Shown piece by piece: positions 31,357 through 34,149 of a DNA stretch of 34,149 bases. The stretch is from Nemertoderma westbladi. Its lineage: Eukaryota > Animalia > Xenacoelomorpha. The position numbers and the translations under genes are program-made. The DNA lies in contig JAUCBJ010001108.1 of the NCBI GenBank assembly GCA_032718475.1, forward strand, positions 1-34,149. The letters run 5' to 3'. The notes under the pieces were generated by a model, which saw only the letters and a program-made list of their open reading frames with translations, was not told the DNA's origin and searched no databases. The first letter of the stretch is position 1. Every line of letters begins with the position of its first letter.

Positions 31357-32066
31357 CGTGGGTTCCGAGGGAGAGCGGGGGGGGGGGGGGGGGGGTGGGG
31401 TGGAGTGGAAGGGCCGCTCTCGATTGTGAGACTGAGGAGAGCGGGGGGAGGGGGGGGGTGGATTGGAAGGGCCCGCAAAAGCTTAATCCGGTCTCCTCGT
31501 TGTTTAATGTGTACTATGTGAGCGTCTCCCGTAACGCGTTGTTCGGTTGGGTTTGTCTCCTCTCGATTGTCTCCACTCTCCGTAGTTTTCTGTAGTAGTA
31601 CGTCATCCCTCGTTTATTCTCGCTCCGTCGCCACACTCGGAAAATACAAGTAGCATATAATTTTAAACTGCAAAAATCTAATTAGTGGATAATACGATAT
31701 TTTTGAGTGTAATATTATTTTGTAGATCAGCGAAAACCCATAATGTCTTAAAATCAGGTTGATTTGGTAATAATTTTTTATTATCAAATTTGTGGTAATT
31801 GTACATATTTTACGATATTGTATGATATATTTCAGTGTCATATTCGTGATCAGCATCCCTAAAACACATATGGTCATAAAATCAATTTAATTATCAATAA
31901 TCAATCAAATCAATTATCATATTAGCACTAAGACTTGTTTTTTTCGTGCCCCAGGGGGCATATCAAAACGACCAAAACCAGTTACCACAGGGTACATGCT
32001 AAAAAGTAGAATGGGCTAGAATAATGTAGAATGAGCTAGAATGACCTGGAATGATCTAGAATGATT

Positions 32067-32663
32067 ATTATATTTTATTTATATTTACGTCAAGCTACTA
32101 ATAGTAAAAAACCGTACCGGTAGGTATGTACAACAAGTAAATAAAAAAGGGCAGGGCAGGGCAGAGCAGGGCAAGACTGTGCACAACCACATCATGACGC
32201 ACCGCGGCGAGCCCAATACACGTTGGCTGACTGACTGGCGTGAGCTTTTTAAACATTTCAAAGTTATTGCTAGGCACCCACTGCGGCCTGTTCTGCAAAG
32301 CTTGAAATGTACTATATTCGCACGCGCCAGCCAGTTATCAACAAGCAGAAACGTGATTGGCGCAAGTTTGTTGTGCTGCTTCCCTGTGGTTAGTTAGTAT
32401 GTATCAGCCCCATCACACTTTACCTGTTCTTCTCCTTTGGGAACTAAGCTCTACTGTCGTCCTGCTAGCTTGAGCATCCTGAGAAAGCCCGCTGTATTGG
32501 GGCGAAAACTACCGATCAGCTGTCTGCAGCCAGTTGATCACTGATTACATGCATGTCTGGGTCTCCAGTCGATTTTTTATTTACTTGTACGTACATACTA
32601 CATACTTACCGGTACGGTTTTTTACTATTAGTAGCTTGACGTTAAATATAAATGAAATATAAT
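32067..32663. mobile_element. Element bounded by ~85-bp inverted repeats, with a degenerate hammerhead-like motif inside
   Basis: IR 32067-32148 / 32573-32663 (ACGTCAAGCTACTAATAGTAAAAAACCGTACCGGTA core). It sits between two tracts of a 10-bp CTAGAATGAN repeat (~32006-32064, ~32708-32740). Confidence 0.65.
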
Positions 32664-33002
32664 TAGCAACTTCTCAAGCTTTCCTTACTACTACTAAATG
32701 TATTCATCTAGAATGACCTAAGAATCACCTAGAATGAGCTATATTAACTTAATAAAGAACAATACCGAACAATAACGAAATAATCCCGACCTATTACGAT
32801 ATATTAAAGAACAATAAGGACCTATAGCGAGCGATGTCGGGATAATACCCACCTATACCGAGCTAACAAGATAATATCAGTCTATACCCCCGAGTAATAA
32901 TACTGAACTACAGTATAAAAATATTGCATAGCTATACCGTGATAATTCTATAAGAAAATTCATTTGATTTCAGTATGTCTTGTTAGGAACCGACAGTTAA
33001 GG

Positions 33003-33990
33003 TGCGAAGGTCTCTTAAACGTCGTTTCAACAGATTGTTACACAATGTTACAGTGCGCCACGTGCTGCGTGAAGGTCTCTTAGACCTTTCAACAGTTTGT
33101 TACACAATGTTGGAATACGGCATGTGCTGCGCGAAGGTCTTTTAAACGTTTCAACAGCTTATTACAAAATGTTACAATATGCCACGTGCTGCGCGAAGGT
33201 CTTTAAACGTTTCAACAGCTTGTTACACAATGTTACAGTGCGCCACGTGCTGCGCGAAGGTCTTTAAATGTTTCGACAGCTTGTTACACAATGTTACAAT
33301 GCGCCACGTGCTGCGCGAAGGTCTTTAAACGTGTCAACAGCTTGTTACACTATGTTACGTGCTGCGCGAAGGTCTCTTAAACGTTTCAACAGATTGTTAC
33401 AAAATTTTACAATGCTCCACGTGCTGCGCGAAGGTCTTTAAACGTTTCAACAGCTTGTTACACTATGTTACGTGCTGCGCGAAGGTCTCTTAAACGTTTC
33501 CACAGATTGTTACAAAATTTTACAATGCTCCACGTGCTGCGCGAAGGTCTTTAAACGTTTCAACAGCTTGTTACACAATGTTACAGTTCGCCACATGATG
33601 CGCGAAGGTCTCAAACGTTTCAAAAGACTGCTTCAGTATCTCACATACTGCGTGAAGGTCTCTTAAACGTTTCCACAAATTGTTATATTACACCACGTCA
33701 CGTGCTGCGCGAAGGTCTCTCAAACGTTTCATCAGATTGTTACACAATGTTACAGTATCCCATGTGCTGCACGAAGGTATCTTAAACAAACGTTTCAACT
33801 GATTGTTTCAGTATCCCATGTGCTGCAGGAAGGTCTCTTAAACGTTTCATCAGATTGTTACAGTAATCCCATGTGCTGCATGAAGGTCTCTTAAACGTTT
33901 CAACGGATTGTTTCAGTATCTCCCATACTGCGTGAAGGCAGGAAGGTATTTTAATCATTTTAACAGATTTGTTACAGTACCCCACATGCA
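33003..33990. repeat. ~50-62-bp satellite/minisatellite array
   Basis: Unit CACGTGCTGCGCGAAGGTCT(C)TTAAACGTTTCAACAG(C/A)TTGTTACACAATGTTACAGTGCGC, roughly 17 copies, diverging to the right. Confidence 0.92.
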
Positions 33991-34149
33991 CATGCTGCAT
34001 GAATAAGGTGACCAGATTCACAGAGTGCCAAAGCGTGAACCTAAACTGAGCTCAGTTTGGTCTGAAGAAAAGTCAGTTTATCACCCAGTGAAAAAAATTT
34101 ATTACTCGGGTGAAAAACGCGCCAGGAATGTGTCAGCAGAACTCTGAAC

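Noticed and set aside
31370-31475. G-runs/G-quadruplex and the Gly/Pro-rich ORFs over them
   Set aside because: Homopolymer tracts in a short duplicated unit; no evidence of function.

Overview
AT-rich, intron-containing, transposon-saturated animal DNA. An invertebrate source is inferred from composition and repeat types; the window is not prokaryotic. From left to right: (1) the 3' half of a Ty3/Gypsy LTR retrotransposon with an open pol ORF whose integrase ends in a C4HC3 PHD finger, followed by a PPT and a probable 3' LTR; (2) a 68-bp minisatellite; (3) a four-level nested insertion (split direct repeat > hairpin/Crypton-like element > hAT MITE > foldback/Mutator-like element); (4) a tandemly duplicated two-exon C2H2 zinc-finger gene with an unrecognised N-terminal domain. 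Copy 1 is intact and copy 2 has exon-1 lesions, and the copies differ preferentially at DNA-contacting residues. The copy-1 intron holds an inverted-repeat insertion with a minimal hammerhead ribozyme inside a tRNA-like frame; (5) a 4.7-kb CACTA/EnSpm-like element carrying an intact spliced non-transposase gene; (6) two tRNA-derived SINEs, a tRNA-Arg(ACG), two truncated LINEs, a second inverted-repeat element and a ~60-bp satellite. Coordinates were read by hand and may be off by a few bases. No database searches were run.
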